A stretch of DNA of 57,868 nucleotides, filler included, from Sphacelaria rigidula (taxonomy: Eukaryota), in the NCBI GenBank assembly GCA_964200075.2. It is 7 parts of 7 records of this genome, joined end to end, with 100 filler letters (N's around TTAATTAATTAA, not from the genome) between each part and the next. Parts side by side here need not be neighbours in the genome. Positions count along the whole stretch, not along the records: positions 24,846 to 33,026 come from CAXNAA020011998.1; positions 33,127 to 41,307 come from CAXNAA020011999.1; 5 more parts are not named here. One strand, written 5' to 3'. The notes under the pieces are model-generated. The model did not search any database and was not told the origin of the DNA. It saw only the letters and a list, made by a program, of their open reading frames with translations. Positions 25,002 to 36,839 of the stretch are shown piece after piece. Both the position numbers and the translations under genes were made by a program. Positions within the stretch are counted from its first letter, which is position 1, and every line of letters begins with the position of its first letter.

Positions 25002-25306
25002 TCACCTCGTGATCAGACCACGACACCTGTCCGTCCGAGCAAGACGAGGCACCACGCTCTCGATTCTCTCCACCAGGTTGTGCGCGATGCGGGCGCTTTT
25101 GGTGATCCGATCCCAATCTTTCGGTGTGGGTGTCATCTTGTTCGCTCTCGAATGTCTGTCGTGGTACGGTCGAAAATCGAGGATGAATGTTGTTTGGGTA
25201 CCGTCCTTGGGAGTTTTCATAAGCATCGCGATACATTCGAAATAAAGACACATCTGCACTCTCCGCCTGTGATGTGTGGCCTCGCTTATCCTCGAAAACA
25301 GCCACC
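25002..25306 (-). pseudogene. Tentative exon 4 of the ParB-like gene
   Basis: Acceptor ttgcag|G in phase 2 gives (MLV)RWLFSRISEA...PKDWDRITKSARIAHNLVERIE; internal structure and end are uncertain. Confidence 0.35.
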
Positions 25307-25704
25307 TGCAATTCGTGACCTCCGGTGTTTATACGGAACGATATCGTCCTCCAGTGATTCTGGTACAAAACACTGTTGATCTTATATTTTTTTTGCTACA
25401 ATGAGTGAGGTCACACATCACAGCCGGAGAATGTTTTTGCATTTTAATTTCGAAACCTTTTCGATGTTTATGAAGGTTCCCGAGGTTCGTCCCCTACCAA
25501 AAAATCTATCCTCAATTTTGAAGATAGACTGCTTCGAGCGGAGGGGGGGTATGTGTAGTTATACCCTGGATAATCGGTCCTGACGATCCATCAAACAGGA
25601 CACATACCACATGACACACTCTGGTCATCCTCCGGTGCGGCGAATTATTGGGAGATAACCCGAGACTATCACGACAAGCGACTGAATGTACCGGCGGTAC
25701 ATAC

Positions 25705-25924
25705 CTTACGAGCATATTGACGGCGATCGATTGCGCTGCGGGTTGGCGGGTAGATCGCCGTAGGCCTTGCTCTTCAGGTACGTCAGCGAAATACATTTCG
25801 CGTCGATACCGGGGTCCGACGTCTGGAACGCCCAGGAAATGGCTTTCATTGCTTCCGGTGTAGTGGCGAAGCAGACCTTTCGCCAGTGCCGCATCGCCCC
25901 CAGCGACAGAGAATTCAAACCCAG
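25705..25924 (-). pseudogene. Exon 3 of the ParB-like gene (LGLNSLSLGAMRHWRKVCF...), with an apparent 1-nt frameshift near 25740
   Basis: Acceptor aaacag|, donor AG|gtatgt; phase 0 matches exon 2. Confidence 0.55.
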
Positions 25925-26397
25925 CTGTTTTCGGTAACGAGGGGACACCAACGGACCGTGGAGAAAAACATATAGCAGATGCGGTGAATCCGAGTCGGCC
26001 GTTTCAGCGTCCGTGGAAGTTCGAAATGATTCATATTGCCGTACACAACTTCTCCCGACTGAACAGAATATCGGTACCGGTCCCCACATCGAATCGTCGC
26101 CCCCCCGTCGTGCGTGCTGCATTACATACGTGGTCGAGGTCTATCGTGTTCGCTGCACCCTGGATTGTTTCTCGGCGTATGACCGGGTGGGAGACACAGT
26201 ACACGCGTCGTAAACCCTCCGGCAACTAGTTTACAACAATATAAGCGGATTTGACTCGGTTCCGAGATGTAGCATAAATGATCCGCGGCGCACATATGAT
26301 ACAATACGACTTTAAACCTCACCCAATGCCCACTATCGTTCCCGTGTAATGCAGACCCGGTTTTGTAGTACCTCGTCTTTCACATTCCATTACTCAC

Positions 26398-26540
26398 GTT
26401 CGTGAACTCCTTTGCTATTTGTTCCCCCGTAACGGCATCACTCCCCGTCCTCTCCTGGACCGAGGTTATGATCCCAACGTGCATGTAAAGCTTGTCGTAC
26501 GTGTTGCGGGGGGACAGAGTCTCGCCGACATCGTTTAAAG
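26398..26540 (-). CDS. Exon 2 of the ParB-like gene (ALNDVGETLSPRNTYDKL...AKEFTN)
   Basis: Acceptor gaacag|, donor |gtgagt; phase 1 matches the exon 1 donor. Confidence 0.65.
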
Positions 26541-28296
26541 CTGTTCGAAGGCAGGCAGGCAGCAGCAACGATTGACGCGGTTATCATTCTCCGATGTTCC
26601 AGACTTTTTCTTTGAAAACATGTCCTCTCTGACGCAGCTGATGCTGGGCAACAACGATATAAATCTGTAAAGTCGTCTCTTTGGTCCTTCATATGTAATT
26701 CTGTATTCGCTCGGACGATCCCAAGACACTTTGCGTTTGAAGGCGGACAGAGGTAAAACATTTGCCAGACTCGTATGTTAGTCCGAGCACGGTCAGCCGG
26801 GAAACAAAACGCCCCGTGTTTCATCCGACAGACCGTTCTTGAGCAAAAATGCAATTGTTGCAAAAATCACCTGCGGCCACCGGAAAATGCAACGGTGTTT
26901 TGGAACCGTCTCAACGAGTGCAGCCATACAATCGCAGGTGTCAACATTCGCATACAAGGTTGTTCGTTCGGCCAAAAAAAAAAACGGCCACCAGAAAAAC
27001 GCGAAGGTGTCCTGCAATAGTCTTAACGGCTGAAGCACGACATTGGAAGGTGTCTGCGTTTGGGCCATAATCCGACGCATCTGGACCACATAAACAGTTC
27101 GTGACAGGTTATTCTTGCCTGCCATAAGAATCGGCATGAGAAATGGCGACAGCCGAGCTGTCGATTATGTCTGACTACACATTACTTGAGAACTGTGGCG
27201 TTGGAATCTGCTTTGCTTTGTTTTCGTTTCGAATCTGAGAATTGAACGAAAGGTCTGAACAAAATACGCCAAAAGACGTTCCGTCGATGACGATCGTCTA
27301 CTGCCCCCCCCCCCGCCGCCACTTCTTCGCACAGGGCCCGGAGAGAAGGGGGAAGATAATGAATGGCAAAATATTTGGACCAATCACAGCCTTGCCATGC
27401 ACAAAATGCGAGAAGGGCCCACCTTACCGGGATTAACAAAAGAAGCGAGAAACGAAACAGATTTCTGCCTTTTGTCGGAGAAAGACGGCCGTAAAACATT
27501 ATCGCAGAACAAAGAATAATAGAAGTTGGGGACTTTCGGGAAAACATCGCAGGTTTGTCGCAAGGCTCGCAGATATTTCCCGCAGGGACGACATTGGGTG
27601 TGCGAGACGCACGAAATCTCGCTGGCAAATATATGTATGCAAAACAACAACCAGAAGCACCCAGGCGCCGAAGCAAAGATATATGTGCCGGCATACTCGT
27701 GTCTGCGAAGTGTAGGGCCATTCTGTTTTTTTAGAGCCCGAAAAAGAGAAAAAGGCGCATGAAAACATTTGAGGTGCCGATTTCTTCTTTTTAGGGGCTG
27801 AAAAAGAAGAAAGGCACACACAAAAAAAAAGCGCAAAAAGATGACAAAAAGGCGCCGAATACGAAAAAAAAAAGAGGCGAAAGGCATGAAAACAGTACCC
27901 GAAAAACACGAGGAAAAGTAGCCAAGGATCCAAAGTCTACACCTCAGGCACACGCGAACCGTCGTTTGAATCATAGACCCGCGGACGAGCAGTGTTAGAG
28001 GCCGAGCCTGAATTTCTGGCGCTAAACTAGTGTGCAGCCACAACAACTCCCCCCCCCCAATGAGATAAGTCGTGACATCCCTGGCCGGTTCTCATCCTCA
28101 TGCACAGCGTACACGCTCAACCCCGACACGTTTTTTTCACATGCTTAAATCGGATGACTTAATCGTTATGTTGGCATTTTTTAAACACTAGGCCGTGCGA
28201 CAATTTTTTATCTTGCATCAGATAGTTCAATGTTCTCGAAACGATTGCGGAGGCACGTGGCTACAGACAATACCATCGGCCAATATTGTGACTCAC

Positions 28297-28708
28297 CGTC
28301 GCCAAGGATTCGCATGACCTCTGGCCAGAACTCATGGTACATTCGACACGGGACGCTGTGATCTTGCTCGAAAATCGATCTCGCCGCGGAGATCTCATGA
28401 TTTCCGTCCAAGACGCGAAACTCGCACGTCGAGAGAAACTCCGACGTTATTCCTCCATTCTCCGGAACACCTTCATGTGGCATCACTATGGCTGGCGGAT
28501 TGTGCGTGAGCCACCCCTTTGACTTCAACGAAGTGATGACCTTCTCCACTCCACGAGGGTTCAGCTCGCGGGTGAGGGACGTCACGGCGATTTGAGATAA
28601 CTTTATCGGAAAAGTACCTACGTAGTGGCTGGTGAGAAGGATTTCCATGTTCCGCTGTACTGGCGCTACTGTCCCTGACGGCTGACTTCTGACATCAGGG
28701 GAATCCAT
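28297..28708 (-). CDS. Exon 1 of a gene with a ParB/Sulfiredoxin-like N-terminal domain
   Basis: TRELNPRGVEKVITSLKSKGW...PAIV...FRVLDGNHEISAAR matches the ParB/Srx pattern (R-x-L...L-x-x-S-I-x-x-x-G...P-I-x-V...I-D-G-x-H-R-x-x-A); ATG at 28708; donor G|gtgagt. Confidence 0.7.
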
Positions 28709-29293
28709 TAGGCTGAAACAACGGTTGCCTGCTTCTTCACTGTTGTGGTATGCAGGCTGCGGGCGGTAGTGCAGTGGGTTGTGTAAGGGACGGGGGGGGG
28801 GGTGAGGTGAAGGAGGGTTGAGCAAGGGACGGCGAGAACGTTCTAATATTGCGGTTAGTTGCAGGTCACGATTGGGACACGTTACCTACCTTTATCCACA
28901 AGGACACCTGTACTCGGAATTCGACAACATATCTGGGTCATATCAGTCTCGCATGAGTACTAATGAGCCATATTCTTCGATAATGTATTGCTTGGTAGCT
29001 AGTACGACGGTATCTTTCTTACGAGCTCCACTTTCCGTAGGATGGTGACCCACTTGCCGCGTGCCAGGTGCCATACCACTGAAACAATCCCACCAGTCAG
29101 GTAGGTGAAAAGACCTAAAAATTCCGATATTTATCGACATGTATGTGTCCCATTCTCTGATCACGCTTCGGGTGCACATGGTCAGTTGTAACAGGACCAC
29201 AGGATGTTTGTCCCGAGATTCTGACGATCAGGGCATGTCGATTTGTGGTGTCGGAAAGATTGATCTAAACGTGGAACAACACCAACGTCGTCC

Positions 29294-29892
29294 TTGCTGT
29301 CCAAACATGACCACCCCGCCCACGCTGCCATAAACGTATTGGCGTCGCCTACTCTCAAACTCTCGCTTACCAGAGGAATTAGTGTGGGGCGTGCGTTTAT
29401 GCCGATTATAGAGGCGGGCCGCCTCCTGTTCGTGACCTCGGTTGAACCCACAGAGCGGAGCATCGAATCATGTGGGCATACGGGCGGCTTAACTCCAAAA
29501 AGAAGGCAAGAGCAATCCCCTCTCGAGTCGATCGTTCCGGTGGCGGGTGCAACTCTCTCCACACAGCCTATTGCGCTGCAAGATATGCTTGCATCGAGTT
29601 TCGAGTGCTGTCGCAGTCTACGCTTTGTTGAACGGTTCGTAGAAGGGACGCTTGATGCTCAGAGGTTGGCGTCGGAGCAAGAGGACCTCAGTCGTGTCGT
29701 CGCGCGCAAAGCAAGACTGGCTTGGGTTCGAGAGCACGTGCCGTATCAGAAACCCTGTAAAAACATAGGGTCAATGCATGCTTCTGACGGCGTGATGTGT
29801 AATCAGTTCTTCACAAGAGCGTTTGCTGTGTCGAAGAACCTCGTTGAGAACGCCAAGAAAAACCCGGGTGCTCCATCGGTATCAAGAACCAC
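29294..29892 (+). CDS. Cys-motif ORF/exon, possibly the N-terminus of a DNA transposase
   Basis: 200-codon open frame with FECCRS...VMCNQFFTRAFAVSKNLV ending at a gtgagt donor; divergent from the ParB-like gene; no catalytic domain visible. Confidence 0.45.
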
Positions 29893-30960
29893 GTGAGTAT
29901 CTTATATCTCGTCGTCAAGTTTGGGCAGATGTGTGACTCCCGCGGTCGTGTAGCAAAGCGAACATATTATGTAGATTCCACATAATATACGGCGGTACTG
30001 TACTAGGCAAGCTCGATGTCAAAATAGATCCAAAATGTGTGTTACCACAGCCTGCTGTGACCGTGCTTTACTGTAGCGCCGGCCGACACATACCGGCGTA
30101 CTGTTTCTTGCCGTCGTACCCAGCCAAAACATTCAACATGTGTGACTGGATTGGTCCGCAGTAGGCTTCGGACGGGTGTGAATTCGCCGGGGCGCATCTA
30201 GGAACAACCGGTACAGGTTTGAATCTTAAAATCGATTACTGTATCCAGTTGTACTGTTTTGCGGCCGGGGTCCGCCTCGGAACAGTTTCACCGGCTGACA
30301 GTCCAGGAACATTCGCGGGTTTCCAGAGGGCAGGCGGGTTCGACGAACAGCCGGAGAGCTCAAGACGTCAACCATTTGTTTTTGGAAGTAAAGACTCCGC
30401 TCGCAGTATATGGGTCCACCTGACCCTCCTTGCGTTGCCAGCATAGCTTCACACTGTCTGTAGTGTTGTTGGGAAACACGAAGCAGAGACATCAGCAGCG
30501 TGCATGTAACTACGGAAACTGAAAGGTGCTCGTCGAAGACATACTGTTACATACTGTACTGGCTTTGCATGAACTCGACTGCGGGGTCAAAACCGGTCAA
30601 GAACTTTCCTGTATTGCTGTCTATGCATGTGTCCTACATTCACATGTTCATGAAAAATGCGTGTGGTATTATGACGGAAGAATGATTCTGAATCTCGAAC
30701 ATGGCATGGTCCAACCCAGTCTACATGCGGTTTTGTCGTGCCACATCGACACATGGAGCACCTCTAAGGGAATCTGCACAGTGGCCGCAGGCGGCGCATA
30801 GGCAATATGCGCAATTTTTGCGCATGATATGCCCACTAAGCGTTTCACAACCAAAAACATGCGTCTTGAAAAACACAGAATTATGCAAAGCCTTAGGCGC
30901 GCATAAGAGGTGAAAGCCTAAATATTATTGCTCAATTGAGTTTCTCACCGTGATGCGCTC

Positions 30961-31430
30961 GTAAGACTCTATTCGTGATATTCAGAGGGTAGTTTCAGAT
31001 TCAGAGTGGATGCTCTAGCGTTCCCGACAGGATTTGTTTTTTGTTTTTTTTGGGCACACGTGCTGTGCATGCAGCTACCGTACAGTACCCCATTCGAGTA
31101 TTTCGGTGGTCTGATTGGTGAGATACTGCACAAAGCATTTTTATGCCTGGGGGGGGGGGCATTTCGGAACTGAAACTGTTTCAGGCACTAATCAGTTTTT
31201 CCTGAAAGAGCGGATCTTTTGTTGCAATGGGCTGACTACGTAGCTGCGATCAAGTGATGTTGTGTCAAATTGATCGTGAAGGTGACAGCTTTCATTGAAG
31301 CCACAGCTTCACCAGCCGGGCGCACTACTCCTCGAACTGTGGCGACATCAAAATCGACGGGAAAGTCGATTGTTTCGGGTCTCTCCCTGAATCTGAAACT
31401 ACCCTGTGAATCTCACGGATATAGTGTTTC
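30961..31430. mobile_element. MITE with ~44-bp imperfect TIRs
   Basis: ATTCGTGATATTCAGAGGGTAGTTTCAGATTCAG (to 31004) is inverted at CTGAATCTGAAACTACCCTGTGAATCTCACGGAT (from 31387) with 3 mismatches in 34 bp. Confidence 0.75.
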
Positions 31431-33026
31431 GGGTGTTCTATCAGGGGCGACGGTGGACCACGCGACGGCAGGGATCCTGTTCACCGAAACAAAATCNNNN
31501 NNNNNNGTACGGACAAAGCATGCCGCACCAGAAAGCTATATACTTCTACATGAGAAACAAGCAGGTGGGTAAATGTTGGTCGCGCTTGTACAGCCATTGT
31601 TTCGGTCTCGCTTCTGGACTGATATGTGTGTGTGGGGGGCTCTCGCGGCATCACTCACGATAAACCGCGTCTTATTTTTGTTTCGTTTTTTTTTTTTTGC
31701 CAAACCATTTGAGGAGGCAGTTGGTAAATATCGTTTCGATTTGTGTTTTTGCTGGGCTAGAGGTACGAGCCTGGAACATCTCGATCCCCGACGGTGTTCA
31801 TAGTCTTCGATTCCAATTCGAAATGCTGGACCACCGACTACCCCTTAGCGCATCTAGCACGCGATTTCGGAAATTGAGCACAGTTTTTACGGAGGAATAA
31901 CCTTGGGAACCGCCACAAGCATAAAAAATCTTTCGAAATAAAATTACAAATGCACTCTCCGGCTGTAATGGGTGGCGTGCTCATCATGGGAGAAAACGCC
32001 GGTCATTTGTAAAATCCCGTGTTTTTCAGGGGGTTCTGGAATACAAGAGCAGTGTAAGAGACAGGAAGGACCGGAGGATGAACTTGTTCCGTGTAAGAAC
32101 AGGATTTCACAAATTGCAGACGGACTATTGTTCAGGAGGAGCCACGCCACACGGCACAATGGAAGAGGGCAGATTCTTTTTTGTATTGCGGAAATGTAGC
32201 GATGCTTACGAAGGTTCCCAACGCTCAACCTCAATAAAATATCCATCCCCAATTTTCAATATCGCGTCCAATCTGATTCAGTTCAGAAGTCGGATCCATC
32301 CCCCCCTGCGAACAGCGTCGCAGAAAGAGGCAATGCGGTGGATGACAGTACAGATATACGCGCCACGCCCAGGACGCAGCGCATCGTGCTTGTGTACTCG
32401 TTGTTTGCCTTCATGCGCACGCTGATGTTGCGCTAACAACTTCATGCGCGCGCACATTTTCCTAGCCGTGTGGCGTAACTCTCCGGCGTTGTGGGCTCAA
32501 TTTCCTGCGCACGAGCCCTTGAAACACGCGACCACCTTACATCCCCAATGACAGAAAGTGTACGATGCGTTCGTGGAGGATATGCGTAGTACGGGAGGGG
32601 GGGTGGCCGCAAGTCTCAGCTAATTTTACACCACGGTGCGCAAGGACCGACCCCACTACAAGGCCAAGGACGGCGGCACATTCATGAAGTGTAACGCGTG
32701 CACTCTGTACCATGACACCCTTAATGGAAGTTCTGGTGTGAGGGTCACCGCTGACCCCGGCAAGATGGACTAGGTCGCTATGGAGCAGAAGGCGCACTTG
32801 CATGTGAGTCGTCTTCTCGTCGAAATTGTCGGCAGCTCGTCATGTTACCGGAAAAACGAGGATACGCAATTCGTGAGATTACGCCATGAATAGCATCCAA
32901 AGCAGCGCAGGTGCATCGAATTAGTCGAGGGGAGGATATTGCCCGACCATTATATAACAGCCGATTTTATTTTTTGGGGTTCATACAAAATATGGGGCTG
33001 AAGTGGCATATCTGTCTTGCACGAAA

Positions 33027-33126
33027 NNNNNNNNNNNNNNNNNNNNNNNNNNNNNNNNNNNNNNNNNNNNTTAATTAATTAANNNNNNNNNNNNNNNNNN
33101 NNNNNNNNNNNNNNNNNNNNNNNNNN
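33027..33126. other. Artificial contig linker
   Basis: Same 100-bp structure. Confidence 0.97.
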
Positions 33127-33129
33127 CGC

Positions 33130-33374
33130 ACTCAAATTACGGTTTGCTGTCGTTCTGGGACGATAACAAAACAAGGCTTCCCACTTGGTATCTCGTGGCG
33201 ATGGATATCGTACTTATTCAGCCATCGTCCGCGTTTATGAAGCGAGTATTTTCCTCTTTGAGAGGGTGTCTGGATTCCCGCCAGGAGAGGGCGTTAGGTG
33301 ACCGGATCGAAGCCGCGGTCATGCTCAAGTACAATCGGAGCCGGAAGTTTGACACGATTTCAAATGTCGACTGA
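33130..33374 (+). mobile_element. hAT transposase C-terminal dimerisation-domain fragment
   Basis: LSFW...LPTW...IVLIQPSSAFMKRVFS...RIEAAVMLKYN resembles the hAT (W...P-S-S-A-x-x-E-R-x-F-S) motif; the catalytic Glu reads Lys; truncated at the contig start. Confidence 0.8.
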
Positions 33375-35560
33375 TGGTAGATAATGGGGGGGGCCGGGGA
33401 CCATAGCTTGTAGCTTGAAGCTTGCCAAGCGAGAGGCCAAAGGCTGCAATACCCTGTGTCCAGGGGCTGCAACGACCCACTGTTGCGTCATGTATCATGA
33501 GTGTTCGTAGTGCGTACACGTTGTTTCGATAGGTGGTTTGGGGTGGCATTCAAACTCAATGATCGTAGAAAAGTCTTATTTTTCAATCAAAAACATTTTT
33601 CAAAACTTCGAAGACCCAAATTGCTGTCTTCTCCTTATGCTAGAAGGTGCGCCTCGTGGGGGGATACTCCACAACGCCCCAACAAGGACGCGAACGGGGC
33701 GCATAAAGTACGCATATTTTCGCTGAAAAAAGCTTCAGGTGGGGCATGAAACAAGGGGGCAGAGCTCATAAAAAAAAAAATGAGCTTGGTTTTTTTGAAA
33801 AAATGAGCTTGGTTTTTTTGAAAAAATGAGCTTACGGAGCCAATGCCTATCGTGCGCCAGAAGGCGACAAGTACAGTGTAGGTGCGCGATGAAGAAACGT
33901 GCAGGGGGACAATGGGGCGGGGCGAGCGGGGGGGAAATCCCGCTGACCCAGGTCACTTTCTACAAACGAACGCAGTCGATTTTGTGTTGCAAGGGATTTG
34001 TGCCACTCATTTGCAACCCATCTTGCAATTTTATTAATGTTTGAAGGCGCAAGCAGCAAGCATGTTTCATAGGGTTTGCGTGACGGCCTTCTTGCGCTGA
34101 CCGCCGTGAATATTAAGGTTGCTGCAACCGGGCCGAAACTTGTCTGACCCGCGGTCGCTTTCGAATAAAGTAATCGCAGCCGACAATGGTATGGAGCTTG
34201 CGAGCCCTGGTGTAAACTGCTGCATAATTGTGTTGCTCGTAGCGAGACGCTCATTGGCAAGCAGGAACACCTGCTCCGCGAGCATTAGTCAAACAGTGTC
34301 GAGCACGTCGATTCGTAAATAAGTTGAGCTGTTGTTTTTTTACCTTGTTCTCGTGTCCATACGATCATCAAATATTGAATCTAACTGTACACTAGAATAT
34401 GGTAGCCTACTACCACATGATATTCAAGTAGTTGATATCTATACTGAAGTCGAGGAGTAGTCTAATACACACTAGATTTAAGGAATTAGCACAGACCTGC
34501 CGCCCGGCGCCCAACGCCCCGAAACCTCTTTTTCTCGATTTTTTCAACGTTGGGGGGCTATGTTCCTTGAAAAATAAAAAAATGCTTCTGCGGCCTGGGG
34601 GGCGGTGATGTAACCATTTCCCGATATGAGGCCCCTCGCATCATGTTTCATCATGCATCAATCCCTCGTGTATGCTGACCTTCTCGTACATCCACAACCT
34701 CTGGTGGAAAAAGAGAAACTTGGGAGGGGGGGGAGGGGGCGTTCCGAGATCGACGACCATGCCGGAGAATCATAAACTTTTCAATGAAATTCACTGAAGA
34801 TCTTGCATACTGCTAGTACGATCTTGCATACTGCTATTTTCAGCGCGCGGCTACTGTATAGATACCCTGACCCACGAAGCCAAGACACGGACCAGCACGA
34901 ATCAGCAATTGCAGTGCTCTCGACAAGCTCCATTCGATTGTTGTGAGCATCTTCGCCCAAGGGGTGTAACGGTCGTAAAAACCAGGTCGTGTCCAAGCGC
35001 GCCCCCGCACGCATGCGTTGGGATAACTTCGGCAAACGTTCATGTGACACGAATATCTCATCAAACCGAGTTGTCTATTTTGCACCTCGAGCATCACCAT
35101 ACTCCCGAGAGAGGGTTGCTTCACGAGCCGTCCCCCATGTCCTTCGCTATGGCCCGTGGCCCTCTGAGCAACCTGCCTCCCCGTAGCAAGAGGGGGTACA
35201 CACCCTTTTCACCCCCATTGCACTTGACTCACCTCTGTGGCTCACGTGACTTTTGTCAATCCACTTCGAGGGTGGTCGTTAGCTCAATAACGGCAATTTT
35301 TCGCCACTGCTCCTAAACATGGATTTGCAGTTCAAGCACCTAGTGTGTCTCGTCCATGGGTCAAGTTGACACATCATTTTTCACTTCATGTATGACTTGT
35401 CAGCTATGGTTTTTGTCCCAACTTCTTTCTTCTCGTGTCACTTGCAAACTTGTCCCCTCCCCTTCCACGGGGTGGAAGAACGTCGATTCCGTGCAAAGCG
35501 GATGGCCATACTGCTTACGTAGTGTTTGAATGGTAAGACAGCCATTAGGCAGTGTAGAAC

Positions 35561-35841
35561 CCGTGGCTATCTCTGGAAGTGGCTATATACCAGAAGATGA
35601 TGGAGCTCATTCGCGTCTGTGGTCCGAACTTCAAGATGGTCAATACGCTTCGGGCCGAATAATCCCACGAAGATGCAGCTCACCCTCCATACGACTCGCC
35701 GAACACATCACGGCGCTTCGCGCTCGGTGAGTGATCGCAATTCTGATCCGGCGAAAACCCGGCGTTCTCCGTCCCGGCTTTGTAGGAGTGCGAGTTCAAC
35801 GGTCATATGACTACGGCATGCAAGATCGTGAGTACACCCCC
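35561..35841. repeat. Family B interspersed repeat copy
   Basis: Reverse complement of 7536-7811. Confidence 0.85.
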
Positions 35842-36047
35842 TTCGAGGGGATGAATCCGAGGTCTCAGGCGATGAACCCCCTCCCGCCTCGGTACAGGCC
35901 TTGCATTTTGGTGCCTCGAATTCGAAAGGCACTCCCGCACCATGTCAACTCTCGTCGAACAAACTTGGTCAAGCCTTTTTCTGCTCCTCACGTCCTCACG
36001 TTTTTTCAAGCGGCGGGAATAAGATCCTCCTCTAAAATAAACTTTCG

Positions 36048-36121
36048 AACGCAGCTGACGGGAATCGAACCCGTGTGCTTTGTGCCCTTTTAATGTCACT
36101 TGGACCATTTTACCCCACCGT
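36048..36121 (-). mobile_element. tRNA-like (SINE head) relic
   Basis: Minus strand has A-box-like TGGGGTAAAATGG and B-box GGTTCGATTCC but no complete cloverleaf; similar B-box relics at ~37250-37300 and ~40425-40485. Confidence 0.45.
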
Positions 36122-36149
36122 GGCGCGGCATTTAGAAGCGCTTCATCTA

Positions 36150-36432
36150 TTCCAAGGATCGGACGAATTAATGATCCGTCCGGAAATGACTTGATTCTAG
36201 TGCGATTGATTCGTATCGTACGTATCAATCCTTCGGCTTTGTTTTCAGCGTTGTGGCCCAGGTACGCGCAGCCCAGGCACGTGGTATGAAAATGCGTGGA
36301 GACCTTCGGACCAGCGGTCAACTTTTTTCTCCTGGTTGAGCAATCAGGCCTGAAAAATCGTGGATTTGGTTCTTCGAACCGGCAATGATTCGTCCGAACC
36401 GTCATCTTTTTCACTCGCGGAGATCTTGGGGA
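36150..36432. repeat. Interspersed repeat, family D
   Basis: Homologous to ~38625-38915 and to the partial copy at 49520-49588 (TAATGATCCGTCYGGAAA...CGAACCGGCRATGATTC). Confidence 0.7.
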
Positions 36433-36691
36433 TATCCACAGGAGGAAGGCATTGGCATGTTGAAGTCAACTCGCAGACGTCTTTGCATTGGCGTACATGG
36501 AACCAAATCGACGACCACGTCGCGATGAAGGGGTTGAGCGAGAGTTGTACTTTTGACGGTGCGTGTCGAGGCGTCAGCATTGCTCACTCGACATATAAAG
36601 TGTGTCAGCCCCGGTTTTATGTCCATCCGTCTGGATGAAAGTGCTCGATGGGCTAACGGAAGCGCTGGCTGTACTGATTTTGATCCCCCAG

Positions 36692-36839
36692 GTGGTGAAG
36701 GTGCAGATGCAAGCAAAGGAGAACCTCGGTCGTTACACTGGAGTCGTGCACTGCGCGACGAGCTTGGTGAGAACTGAGGGACCCTTCGCGCTGTACAAGG
36801 GTCTGGAATCACACCTCTGGAGAAATGCAGTGTGGAACG
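36692..36839 (+). CDS. Mitochondrial carrier (SLC25), 2-oxodicarboxylate-carrier-like; first visible exon
   Basis: cag|VVKVQMQAKENLGRYTG...EGPFALYKGLESHLWRNAVWN|gtgagt; upstream exons are not identified in this contig. Confidence 0.9.
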
